Below, piece by piece: positions 1 to 12,230 of a stretch of DNA of 64,000 nt. The notes beneath the pieces were generated by a model. It saw nothing but the letters and a program-made list of their open reading frames with translations, searched no databases and was not told where the DNA came from. Position 1 is the stretch's first letter. Every line of letters starts with the position of its first letter. Source of the stretch: Octopus bimaculoides (taxonomy: Eukaryota); NCBI RefSeq assembly GCF_001194135.2, contig NC_068984.1, forward strand, positions 52,519,902 to 52,583,901, read 5' to 3'. Made by a program: the position numbers and the translations under genes.

Positions 1-295
1 AATTACATAATTGTTCTAGAAGGGTGTAGAAATGATCTTGAGAGATACAACACAATAAAAGAATTTGTCATGAACACATAATTATTATGAATAATTATAG
101 CCATAATTAAGATTGTTGATAAGCAATGAATAATTTTCTTTCTACAAACAGACAATTACATGTGTAAAGGTAGTCACTCCCAGTTACCATCAATTTAGAC
201 AAGAATTGTGTGGAATGCAATTTCACAAAATAAAAAAACATATATATATATATATATATATATATAGGTGCAAGCATGGGTGTGTAGCAGGTGTG

Positions 296-683
296 GGCAT
301 GGATGTGTGGTAAGAAATTTGCTTCCCAGCCATATGGTTCCAGGATCAATCCCATTGCACAACACCTTGTACAATATAGCCAAAGGCTGACCAAAACCTT
401 GTGAGTGGATTTGATAGACAGAAACTGAAAGCGGTCTATCCTCTGTGTGTGTGCATGTGTGTGTTTCTTTGTGAATGTCATCACCACCACCACTTGACAA
501 CTACTGTTGGTATGTTTACATCCCCATAACTTAGTAGTTTAGCAAAAGAAACTAATAGAATTGGTACCAGGTTTAACAAAACATTAAGAACTGGGATCGA
601 TTCATTCAGCTAAAAACAATTTCTTCAAAGGATGCCCCAGTATGGTCACACTCTAATGGCTGAAACAAATAAAAGATAAAAGA
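296..683 (+). mobile_element. tRNA-derived SINE, octopus CORE-like family, with internal microsatellite
   Basis: Head GTGTGGTAAGAAATTTGCTTCCCAGCCATATGGTTCC, body CCTTGTGAGTGGATTTGATAGACAGAAACTGAAAG, tail ending GAAACAAATAAAAGATAAAAG; the same modules recur more than 12 times in the window. Confidence 0.8.
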
Positions 684-819
684 TATACACACATACAAGT
701 GAGTGGACAAACAAAAGAAAGTGGTGCTCTACACATTTAGCAGAAGTGATATATATTGGTTTCAAATGTTGGCACAAGGCCAGCAATTTCACCGCAGGGG
801 TTAAGTTGGTTTATGTGCC

Positions 820-2253
820 ACCTGCACAGGAGCCAGTCCAGCGGCACTGGCAATGACCTCGCTAAAATGTTTTCTCACGTGCCAGTAAGGCGATGTTGGT
901 AACGATCACGCTTAAATTGTACTTTTTACGTGCCACTGGCACAGAAGCCAGACAGCTGCTCTAGCAATGATCATACTTGGATGGTGCTGTTAGCGCTCCA
1001 CTGGCACGGGTGCCAGTCATTGAATTTGGTTCAATTTCGATTACCATTTCACTTGCACCAACAGTCTTCGCAAGCAAAGTTTAGTGTCCAATGAAGTAAA
1101 CGTTGGCATGGGTGCCAGTCGTCAAATTTGGTTCGATTTCGATTTCACTTGCCTCAACAGGTCTTCACAAGCACAGTTTAGTGTCCAATGAAGAAAAGGT
1201 ACACATAAGTGGGCTGGCTACACCCCTGACAAAGGCTTATGGTCTCACTTGGCTCGCCGGGTCTTCTCTCGCACAACATATTTCCATAGGTTTTGGTCAC
1301 TAGTCATTGCCTCGGTGAGGCCTAATGTTCAAAGGTGATGCTTCACCACCTCATCCCAGGTCTTCCTGGGTCTACCTCTTCCACAGGTACCCTCAACCAC
1401 TAGGTTGTGGCACATTTTCACACAGCTATCCTCATCCATTCTCGCCATATGACCATACCATCGCAATCATCTCTCTTGCACACCACAACTGATGCTTCTT
1501 AGGTCCAAATTTTCTCTGAAGGTACTTACACTCTGTCGTGTATGCACACTGACATTACACATCCATCGGAGCATACTGGCTTCATTTTTTGCAAGCTTAC
1601 GCATGTCCTCAGCAGTCACGGCCCATGTTTCACTGCCATGTAGCATGGCTGTTNNNNNNNNNNCACGGCCCATGTTTCACTGCCATGTAGCATGGCTGTT
1701 TGTACACATGTGTCATACAGTCTGCCTTTTACTCTGAGAGAGAGACCCTTTGTCACCAGCAGAGGTAAGAGCTCTCTGAACTTTGCCCAGGCTATTCCTA
1801 TTCTAGTAGCTACACTTTCAGCACACCCTCCCCTGCTACTGACTTGGTCACCTTGGTAACGAAAGCTATTAACCACTTCTAGTTTTTCTCCCTGGAATGT
1901 GGCAGAAGTTGTTCTCTGCACATTTTCAGTATTTATTGCTCCTGAGCATCTGCCACATACAAAAACTATCTTCCCAGTTTGCCTTCCTTTGATATTGCTG
2001 CACCTCTTATGTGTCCATAGCTTATACTGGGTACATCTTATAGACTTTCTACCTACGCCTTTTCTACAGATCGAGCAGGGCCATCTACCTGAAGGGGTTT
2101 GTGGTTTGTCTACCTTCCTACTTATTAGGACTTTGGTCTTAGCTAGGTTGACTCTAAGGCCCTTTGATTCTAATCCTTGCTTCCATACCTGAAACTTCTC
2201 CTCTAGTTCTGATGGTGACTCAGCAATTAGGGCAAGGTCATCAGCATAGAGAA
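820..2253 (-). mobile_element. 5'-truncated RTE-clade LINE: RT C-terminal half, ORF end and repetitive 3' UTR
   Basis: ORF 1616-2323 gives LYADDLALIAES...GLRVNLAKTKVL...EKLEVVNSFRY...AWAKFRELLPLL...MLHGSETWAV. It continues as CGVQERRLRWYGH...GRGRPRKTWDEVV to a stop near 1240. Truncated immediately before LYADD. Confidence 0.9.
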
Positions 2254-2625
2254 AAGAAAGAGGATATACATTTATCAGTTTGTGTTGCAAGATTCCTGTG
2301 TGTTGAAACAGATATTGGAGCAAAGCACATGATAAAGAAAATTGTCACTGAAGAGGCTACAGATGTGGGATGAAAGATTTTTGGACAATGGACATGAGTT
2401 AAAATGAAAAAAGAAATAAGAACAGTAATAAAAGAGTGAAGAACAAATATGTAGTGCATGTGATTTATTGGGAAAACAAAAACAAAAAATGACCATCACG
2501 AAATACAACAATATATACATATATATATAGATATAGGGGAGGGAATTGCCAATTAATTAATAAAATTAATAATTAACAATTTTGCCAAGTAGTTTATTAG
2601 CATTTTCAAATTTATAATTTTGGAT

Positions 2626-2683
2626 ATCATGCTGATGAGTGGAACAAATTTTTATATTCTAATCACGAAACGTCGTACATGAT
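2626..2683 (+). ncRNA. Type I hammerhead ribozyme-like motif (Penelope pLTR-type)
   Basis: CTGATGA (2632-38), stem II GTG...CAC, GAAAC (2667-71), GTC cleavage triplet (2672-74); ATCATG/CATGAT can form stem I, with a 3-nt offset. Confidence 0.65.
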
Positions 2684-3165
2684 TAACTAACAGCAGGTTT
2701 ATTTTCTCTTCTGTTTTGTTCTATGTGTGCCATAAATATCGCCATCCGCTGGAGAATAAATTGTAGTTAGAATTAGTAGTTTTAACTGCTATTTCTAAAT
2801 TTTCAGTATGCTGGTGAAGCAACTCCTGCTGATCCCTATATGTTTATACATATATATATATATATATATCGACCTAAGGCGGTATCATTCTTTTTTGCAT
2901 TGTCTTGGTACAAACCAGTCACGATTCTCTTTGCTCCTCGCTCTACCCCTCCTGTTCTATTGTCTATTGTCCTTTTGGAGAGTTTTTATTTCTCCTTCGT
3001 GTTACCCATTTTTGTCTGTCTTGCAGCCCCAAGGCTTTTTTTGTTGTTGTTGTTGTATATGCATTATTATTTTGGCGTAACTACAGATTTCTGGGCAAGA
3101 CTTCCGCCCGTCCCCCACCAAACCACCCTTTCAAAAAAATTTTTTTTCGACACAAACCCCTTTTT

Positions 3166-3430
3166 TCAGCAACTGTCCGTAATTTTATTCCATGAATTCT
3201 TCACCCAATTCATAACTTCTTGGAGGTTGGGTTTGACAAAGTTTCTACGCTGATTTCTCTCCATTCTATGTTTGATATAGTCATTCACTTCCATCCGCAA
3301 ATAATCCTTGAAGGGCTTATTTATTAAAAGATCTAATGTTTGCAGATATGAAGTGATTCCCATGGGAATGATTATGTGGTCAATTCTTCTTTCAGAATGG
3401 AAGGCTTTCATATCTTTTGCGCGATGAGTA
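3166..3430 (-). mobile_element. pogo/Tigger-family DDE transposase fragment
   Basis: STHRAKDMK...IIIPMGITSYLQTLDLLINKPFKDYLR...KPNLQEVMNWVKNSWNKI matches the pogo DDE_1 C-terminal motifs (IP.G.T..LQ.LD..INKPFK). Confidence 0.85.
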
Positions 3431-3606
3431 CTGCGATATGGCAAGGGATTACTGTATATGTGTACATGTAAAATGAGAGAAAACAAGTCCCTATCTTTTG
3501 CATTCTGTTGTTTGGCATGTATACATATATATATATTTGTGTTTCATACCCAAACTATTATATTTAATATATCTAATTGTTTATCTGCACATAATTGCCC
3601 CCCACC

Positions 3607-3656
<50 letters not shown>

Positions 3657-5070
3657 NNNNNNNNNNNNNNNNNNNNNNNNNNNNNNNNNNNNNNNNNNNN
3701 NNNNNNNNNNNNNNNNNNNNNNNNNNNNNNNNNNNNNNNNNNNNNNNNNNNNNNNNNNNNNNNNNNNNNNNNNNNNATATATGTAAAATGATTTATATGT
3801 TACAAATAAATGGTAGGATAAAAATATTAGTAGCTGATATGACCTTTATTTCATTGTTTCAATGTAAGATACAACTTTCAGTTGTTGTACACAGATTATT
3901 TGCAGTTTTGTTATCCATTCTATAGATAGTTAAGTTCATCTGTGAGTGACTGCTCGAAGAAGGAGAGAAAAAGAGTAAAAAAAATTACCTCCCCGGATTG
4001 ATGAGTAGAGAGGGTGAAAGTTGCATAGTCCCACTGTAACAAGCCATAAATGAAGTGCTCCTTTTGGCCAGAACTGAATTTGGGTCCTGTATTTATGTTT
4101 TCTAACTAAATTAGGTCAGGTTAAACAGAGGATTATTCATCTGTTATTGGCCTTGACCTCAGTTTGGCTTGAAATGGTTACAAGTTAATAGTTGAGTCTT
4201 ATGAATTTCTGAGTGTAAATGCCAAGAATAATAAGAAGGAACTAGTAGAAAAATCTAGGCTAAAGTTTCGAATCTTAGCTAAGAATCTAGGAAGCAATTT
4301 GCAACATGTTTTTGTACACTTTGAATCATAATTACTCAATTCACTCATCAAGTTCACAAACAACCTACGACTACTTCAGTATCAAAATAGTGATAGGTTG
4401 TTTGTATGCTTAACAAGTGAATTGCACAACTATAATTTAATCTCACCAAACAATTCATTGTGTATCTTGTCAGTTGTTGTATATTATACAATTGTAAACT
4501 CAGGCTGTTTCGATTTGACACTTTTGATTTTATTGAACATTTTTACACACATGGCTTTTCCTGGCATATCACCATTAATAAAGTTATGTATCTTAAAAGT
4601 TTAATTCCTTTTGTAATTTTAGCCAATAAGACCCATCTAGTTTTTATTATGAAAGGCATCATTTTTCCCTTTTATTTTTGATTTTGGAAACCAGTTATTT
4701 AGTGGTGGGGAATTAATAATAATAACTTACTTTTGAGAAGTTAATAATAAATCATTATGCAATCTTAAAGATGAACAATATTTAATGAAAAGAAATGAAA
4801 CAAAACCACAAATTAACTTTTACAATGAAAGTGGTTGCAATTTTCATGTCTGAGCCACCAAATAAATTCACTAATGTACAAATCAATCACAGAACAATGA
4901 ATGCCACAACATCATTTATTTGAACTTTTAGGCAGTTCTGTATGCTTTCTATTTGATATGTGGGCCCCACCTTCCAAAATGACAAACTTAGAACTGCTAT
5001 TCACCATTCTATACTGAAAGTCTCTAGGCTGGTATGTGTGGAATACGGGATTAGACTAATCACAAGTCAC

Positions 5071-5103
<33 letters not shown>

Positions 5104-5119
5104 ATAGTGGTTCTTAGTA

Positions 5120-5550
5120 GAATTAACGCCCACATGCATATTTCAGGTGTACTGCTGTCGCAACTTGGTACGGCAGACAGAAATATCTGCCAGGTCTTGT
5201 AACACACACCTCCAAAAACTTGCTGTTCCAGTAGCACTCTTAGTTGGTTGTATTTGCATCTGGACTTCATCATTTTGTCAACCTTAACTATTATTCCAAG
5301 ACTGCCTAACTATACTGGGTTATGAAGTAATCCTCTGCACATAGTTCTTTCATGTAATTGTTGTAATAACTTTGCTGTCAGGGTTCATTTGCAATCCTTC
5401 TTCACAAAGACAAACAATTGTAAGTTCTTTCATCTGAGAATAACCAAACACAGCTTGGCTTGTTAGCAGAAGAATGCCACCTTCTAACCAGGTTCCTCTC
5501 TGTGCAGACACTAATCTAAATTTGCTTAACTTTTTTTCTGACAGCACTAC
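5120..5550 (-). mobile_element. Decayed Merlin (IS1595/ISXO2-like) transposase fragment
   Basis: Frameshifted translation VSAQRGTWLEG.../..CRGLLHNPV*LGSLGIIVKVDKMMKSRCKYNQLRVLLEQQVFGGVCYKTWQIFLSAVP resembles the Merlin motif LGGPG.IV.IDES.F.KRKY.RGR....WVFGGV.R.T..CFL..VP. Confidence 0.65.
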
Positions 5551-5887
5551 AAGACATTTCCAACAACAAAAAATATCACCATATTATGTTTTCACTGACA
5601 AAACTTCTTCATCTTTCTTTTCTTCTTTCCTAACTCACTGCATTCTCTTGAACTTTCTATTTCTCCCACAAACTTCTCAAATTCTCTACTCAGTCACTAA
5701 TGATGGTCTCAACTGTTTGGTTTCAATTTGTTGCTATAGGAACATATAGCAAACTCAATTTCAATCATGCCAAGAATGGATGGATCTGATTGGCTAAAAT
5801 TACAAAAAAAATTTAATTTTTAAAGATTTGTAATTTTTTTAGAATTAATTTCTCCAAAAAATGGTTGGGATTTTCAATCTTTGGCAA

Positions 5888-5931
<44 letters not shown>

Positions 5932-6439
5932 TGACTAATAATAACAAATTACTTTTGTGTTGAAATTTTCGATAAAATCAGAAGTGTCAAAATAAAAAGA
6001 TCTCTAAATTCTATCAACCTGATGTTGATTGCTCTATTTCCTTATCTGGCAATCACATCATACACATCATCATCAGTTGGCATGGGTTGGACAGTTCGAT
6101 ATGAACTGACAAACCAGAGGGTTGTACCAAGCTCCAATCTCTGTTTTGGAATGGCTTCTACAGCTGGATGCTTTCCCTGATGCTAACCAATTTACAGAGT
6201 GTACTAGGTGCTATTTTCATGGCACCAGCACTGGTGGGATCACCAAGTATCTGCAAGACAAGACCCCTTGACTGAGTTGGGTATAGTATTGAGTGATATG
6301 AAAGTATAACAGAACAACAGAAACAGGTGAATACATGGCTTCCCTTTCTGGAAAGAAAGAGACATGAGAGGTCAGGGTACAAGGTAACCATACAGATGCA
6401 TACACACAGGTCAAAAATAAGCTACAAATTACTCTGTCA

Positions 6440-6915
6440 AATATAATACTTATCTTACGCTTTTACTTGTTTCAGCCATTTGACTGTGGCCATGCCAAAC
6501 CACCGCATTAAAGTCAGAAAAAAATGACCCCAGGATTTATTCTTCGTAAGCCTGGTACTTATTTTATCGGTCTCTTTTGCCGAACTGCTATGCTACCAGT
6601 ACATAAACACATCAGCAAGCAGTTGTCAAGTGATGGCATGAGGGAAAACACACATACACACACACATAAATGTATACATATATGTATATATTAATATTTT
6701 ATAAGCTTGTATATATATATATATATATGTATATATANNNNNNNNNNTGTATATATTAATATTTTATAAGCTTGTATATATATATATATATATGCAGCAG
6801 GCTTCTTTCAGTTTCTGTCTACCAAATCCACTCATAAGGCTTTGGTCAACCCGAGGCTATAGCCGAAGACACTTGCCTTAGGTGCTATGCAGTGGGACTG
6901 AACCCAGAACCATTT
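6440..6915 (-). mobile_element. tRNA-derived CORE-like SINE (CpG-decayed)
   Basis: Reverse complement of the family at 296-683, with an internal (TA)n tract across a 10-N gap. Confidence 0.75.
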
Positions 6916-7164
6916 ATTCACATTTTATTTATTTACATTTTTTTAAATGAATCATGTATTATCATGCAGCCTAGAGATTTCGATGTTGTGAGTGTTTATT
7001 TTTAGAATGACATTGCAAGGTAGGTGTGAGATGCTGAATCTGGTCTGTATGAACATTAAATAGCTAGAATATTTGGACCAGACATAACTGGCTTAAATAC
7101 TAAAGGGTTTAAAGAAAGAACTTTACCCAAAAGATTATGAAAATAAACGATGCATCTGAGCACT

Positions 7165-7500
7165 CATCATCATCATCATTTAACGTCCAAGCTGGCATGG
7201 GTTGGACGGTATGACTGAGTAGTGGCAAACTAGTAGACTGTTCCAATCTGATCTGGCAATATTTCTACAGCTGGATGCCCTTCCTAATGCCAACCACTCC
7301 GAGAGTGTAGCAGGTGCTTTTTACATTCCACTGGCACAGGAGCCAGTCCAGTGGGACTGGCATTAACCACGTTCAGATGGTGCCTTTTATGCGCCACCGG
7401 CATGGGAGCCAGTCAGGGGGCACTGGCTTCGACCATGTTTGGAAAGTGCTTTTTACATGCCACCGGCACAGGGGATCAGTTGCGGGGCACTGGCATTGAC
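7165..7500 (-). mobile_element. RTE 3'-tail element (non-autonomous or truncated LINE end) with (GAT)n tail
   Basis: CATCATCATCATTTAACGTCC...GCATGGGTTGGACG...CTACAGCTGGATGCCCTTCCTAATGCCAACCACTCC followed by GTGCCACCGGCAC-type repeats. Confidence 0.75.
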
Positions 7501-7804
7501 TCATGCAAACTCATTACATTAAAAATATTTAACAAAACATTTATGAATTTGTCTTGCAAGATTCCTGATGTGAAAGCCTATGTTGAAACAGATATTGCTA
7601 TATTTCAGGATGGTCATTTTTTTTTTTTTTTTTTGCCAAATAAACACATGCACTATATATTCGTTCTTCTGATGTCCATTGACAGGAAATCTTTCATCAT
7701 ACATCTGTGACCTCTTCAGCAACCCTTTCCATCAATGTGTTTGTTGAAGAGGTCACACATGTGTGATGAATGATTTCCAGACAATGGACATAAAATAAAA
7801 TAAG

Positions 7805-8353
7805 NNNNNNNNNNNNNNNNNNNNNNNNNNNNNNNNNNNNNNNNNNNNNNNNNNNNNNNNNNNNNNNNNNNNNNNNNNNNNNNNNNNNNNNNNNNNNNNN
7901 NNNNNNNNNNNNNNNNNNNNNNNNNNNNNNNNNNNNNNNNNNNNNNNNNNNNNNNNNNNNNNNNNNNNNNNNNNNNNNNNNNNNNNNNNNNNNNNNNNNN
8001 NNNNNNNNNNNNNNNNNNNNNNNNNNNNNNNNNNNNNNNNNNNNNNNNNNNNNNNNNNNNNNNNNNNNNNNNNNNNNNNNNNNNNNNNNNNNNNNNNNNN
8101 NNNNNNNNNNNNNNNNNNNNNNNNNNNNNNNNNNNNNNNNNNNNNNNNNNNNNNNNNNNNNNNNNNNNNNNNNNNNNNNNNNNNNNNNNNNNNNNNNNNN
8201 NNNNNNNNNNNNNNNNNNNNNNNNNNNNNNNNNNNNNNNNNNNNNNNNNNNNNNNNNNNNNNNNNNNNNNNNNNNNNNNNNNNNNNNNNNNNNNNNNNNN
8301 NNNNNNNNNNNNNNNNNNNNNNNNNNNNNNNNNNNNNNNNNNNNNNNNNNNNN
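7805..8353. other. Assembly gap (N run) flanked by (GT)n
   Basis: Run of N. Other gaps at about 3657-3776, 22279-22750, 44412-45083, 52666-52889, plus several 10-N joins. Confidence 0.95.
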
Positions 8354-8354
8354 N

Positions 8355-8404
<50 letters not shown>

Positions 8405-10443
8405 GCACACAATATGAGTATTTTAAAAATAAACATAGGTATATATTTGTAAATGAATGTATGAAAGTGTACATGAAAAAATAAAAAAATTACCAAAAAT
8501 CAGCTAAAGAAAAAAGATTGTTTGTGTCATAGGCGAACAGATGTTAAAATGATGATGATTATGATGATAATGAAGTTGGTAGCTAGGCAACATTATCTAA
8601 AATAACCATCTTTTTAAGCTTGCAAGATCTTCACTTGTTTTTTATGGTTCACTTTGTTAGTGTTTTAGAAATGGGGTGGTGAAAGAAAAGGAGAGATGTG
8701 TGGGGGGGAGAGTTACTACTACTACTACTGCTGCTGCTGCTTCTGCTACTACTACTACTACTACTACAACAACAAGCAACAGCAGCAGACAAGAAGTTGA
8801 CCCTAAAGAAGAGACTGTTTGTTGCAGGCTAGCTCGTTAGCAGAAATGGACAGTAGGGAAAATATTTGGGATGAAATGGAAAGGAAAAAAAACGAAATGG
8901 AAACATAATTCCAAAAGTCAGGGAAATGTAAGGTGAGGGTTGGGGGTTATTCTTTATGGGGTGAAAAAAAAACTGGGATCTACTTACTGCTTATTTTATA
9001 AAGTAGTTCTTAGGGAAAAAAATCTAGGAGTGGTTTTGTCTGAATGTATGAGAAATTTTGTTTGTCACTAATAGACTAAAGGTGTTGTTTAGCCCCAGGT
9101 TAGCTTTGATTGGATAGACCTATGATAAAGCATTCATCTTATTTTCTGACAAAGTCGCTACATTAAAAACATGCATAGCCTCATGGCTAAGAAGTTTACA
9201 TTGCAAGCTATATGATCTTGGGGTATGGTCTCAACATGGGGCATCATGGTCAAGTGTTTTTGACTGGAGTCTCAGGCTGACCAATGCCTTGTGAGGGAAA
9301 CTGGTAGAAAGAACAGTTAAGAAGTGTGTTGTATACGTATGTGTATGTATATATGTATGTGTGTCAGCAGATGTGTGTGTGTGTTTATATGTCTGTCTTT
9401 ACATTAGCACTGCCTGAAAGAAAAAAAACTTTATGTCTTGTAATTTAACAGTGCAACAACTAATAGGAGCCCCCTTCAGTCATGAATGACCATGGGTTTC
9501 CACCTAGAAAGTTACCCTCTGAAGCACAAGTCCAGGCATGGTTGTTTTGTGGAAGACTAGCACTCACCCATGCATACCAGTCTCCCTTTTCCACACCACT
9601 AATGTTATCCAAGGGAAAGGCAAACACCAAAATAGCTTGGCACTGGTGATGCTGCAACTCATTTCTACAGCTGAGTGAACCGGAGCAACATGAAAGAACA
9701 CAATACACAGTCTGGTATGAGAATCAAACTCACTGCCTCATAATTGTGAGCCTGATGTTCTAACCACTGAGCCATGCACCTTCCTTTGACATCACAAAAA
9801 TAAACATTACACTGAAAAATAAATACTGGGTCAATATAATTGTCTAAAACAATGGTTCTCAACTGGGGTTCCATTATAGCCCTTGAGGGTACATATAAAA
9901 TTGTGTTGTTGAAATTTATCTGTAATAAATTGGTTATATACTTCTACACAAAATATTAACAGTTTTTTTTATATAATTTCTTATATTTAATTATAATAAG
10001 CAGTGGTGGGAGACAAACACAGACACAAAAACATGTGCACACACACACATACAATATATATACATATGGCAGTCTTCTTTCAGTTTCTGTCTATCAAATC
10101 TACTCACATGGCTTTGGTCAGTCTGAGACAATAGTAGAAGACACCTGACCAAAGTGCCACGCAGTGGGACCAAACCCTGAACCATGTGGTCAAGAAGCAA
10201 GCTTCTTATTGGTTATGCTTCTACAATATCATCCAACCCATGCTAGCATGGAAAGCGGACGTAATACCAGTAATATTTCAAAACTAACAGAAGTAGCAAT
10301 AATGTATATATTTCATCATCATTTTAATGTTTGCATGGATCAGATGGAATTTGTTGAGGCAGATTTTCTACAGCCAAATACTCTTTGTGTTACCAACTTT
10401 TAACTGTTTCCAAGCAAGGTAATATTTCTTCATAGCTAGACTT

Positions 10444-10481
<38 letters not shown>

Positions 10482-10839
10482 CAGGCTTCTTTGAGTTTCC
10501 ACAACCAAATCCACTCAGAAGGCTTTGGTCAGCCCAGAACTAAAATAAAAGACCCTTGCTCAAAGTGTCACACAGTGGGACTGAACCCAGAACTATGCAG
10601 TTAGGAAATAAACTTCTTAGCCACACAGCCACTCCAGTAAGACCTCCCAGTTGTGTCCTGTATTGAAGGCAACTGCTTCGGTGAATTGCTACAATAACTT
10701 ATTAGATTTTGTAGGAAATTGTAATAGTCAAGTCCCAATACTATAAAACAAATAACCAAATGTGAAATTGCTAATGATTCTCTCTGTTTATCCAAAGTAA
10801 AGCTGTCCTGACTTTTTATTTTGATTTTTCAAAATCTAA

Positions 10840-12230
10840 ATGAGAGATTTAGTGATCAACCATATTGATTTTCATAATCAGTATCACTATACTCCCACCT
10901 ATCCCCATCAGGTCACGAAAGTTACAGAAAGGGTCATGGGTCAACTAATTAGGAAGAGAGTTAACCTTGAAGAGATGCAGCTGGTTTTGTGCCAGGAAGA
11001 ATCACTACCGATGCTATCTTCCTAGTAAGAGAAGCACTTAGCCGAAAATGAACTTCTGTGCTTGGCTTTTGTCAACAAGGAGAAAGAAAGCCTTTAATAG
11101 GGTCCCTGATTCCTTATCTGTTGGTCAATGCAGAAGCTAGGAATAGATAAGTGGCTAGTGAGAGCCATGGATGCTGTCAATAAGATGAAAGCTGACAATG
11201 AGTATAGCAACAAATTTAGCATACAGGTAGGAGTTTGCCAAGGATTGGTTCTCAGCACCCTCTGTTATGGCCTGGCCATAACAGGAATTTAAGACTTATT
11301 GTCTTTGGGAACTCCTCAACACTAATAACCTTGTTTTTATAGCTGAATCTCTTTCAGGTGTTGATTGCTAGGTCTGGAATCAAATGAGAGTTAATTTAGC
11401 AAAGACTAATGTCTCAGTAAGCAGGAAAGCAGACAAATCATCAATCTCTTAGGGGAGAAGGCCCTGCTCAGTATGTAGAAAAGGTGTAAGTAGGAATTTC
11501 ATATGGTGCATCCAGTGCAAGCTATAGGCAGATAAGAGGTGCAGCAGTATCATAGGAATATTAACAGAGAAAGTAGTCTTTTTGTGTGGCAGATGTGCAG
11601 GTGCCATAATCACTGAGAATGCACAAGAAACAGATTCCCTCCAATATCTTGGAGGATCATTAGAAGTACTAGATAGCTTCTGTTACCTAGGTAACCAAGT
11701 TAGTTGTGGTGGAGGATGCTCTGGAGCATAGTTGCCAGAATAAGAATAGGCTGGACAAAGTTCAGAGATCTACTACTTCTGTAGAGTGAAAGGTAGACTG
11801 AATGATGCCTGTGTATAGACAGCTATGCCACATGGCAGTAAAACATGTGCTGTAACTGGAGAGGACATGCAAAGGTTTAAGAAAAATGAAGCCAACATGC
11901 TCTGCTAGATGTGCAATGTCAGTGTGGATATATAACAGAGTGCAAATGTTCTAAGAGAAAAATTGGATACATGATGCATCAGATGTAGTGTGCAAGAAAG
12001 AAAATGTGCTGGTATGGTCATGTGATGTGTATGAATGAAGAGATCTGCATGAAAAAATGCAAATCTCTAACTGTGGAGAGAACCTGTGGAATAAGTAGAT
12101 CCAGGAAGACATGGGATGAAGTGATGAGAAATGATCTTCAGATGTTGAGCCTCACAGAGGAGCTGGCAAGGGACTGAGACATCTGGTGATTCACTGTGCT
12201 GGAAAAGACATGTCAAGCAAATTAAAATTG
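10840..12230 (+). mobile_element. Decayed RTE-clade LINE, RT domain to ORF end
   Basis: Degenerate frames give ERVMGQLIRKRVNLEEMQLGFVPGR.TTDAIFLVR, LAFVNKEKAF, CPWELL, PCSVCRKGV...CKL...KRC...CGRC and GRSRKTWDEV; many stops and frameshifts. Confidence 0.85.

Noticed and set aside
1600-1700. Direct repeat across a 10-N gap (also 6690-6790 and 32440-32800)
   Set aside because: Identical sequence on both sides of a minimal gap is a contig-overlap artefact, not a biological duplication.
3990-4088. Minus-strand exon candidate (DPNSVLAKRSTSF...) that could follow the 18324 ATG
   Set aside because: The acceptor lacks a pyrimidine tract and all three frames are open, so there is no discriminating evidence.
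7697-8496. Long ORFs in the track spanning N runs (also 22087-22935 and 44276-45146)
   Set aside because: They are open only because N codons contain no stops.
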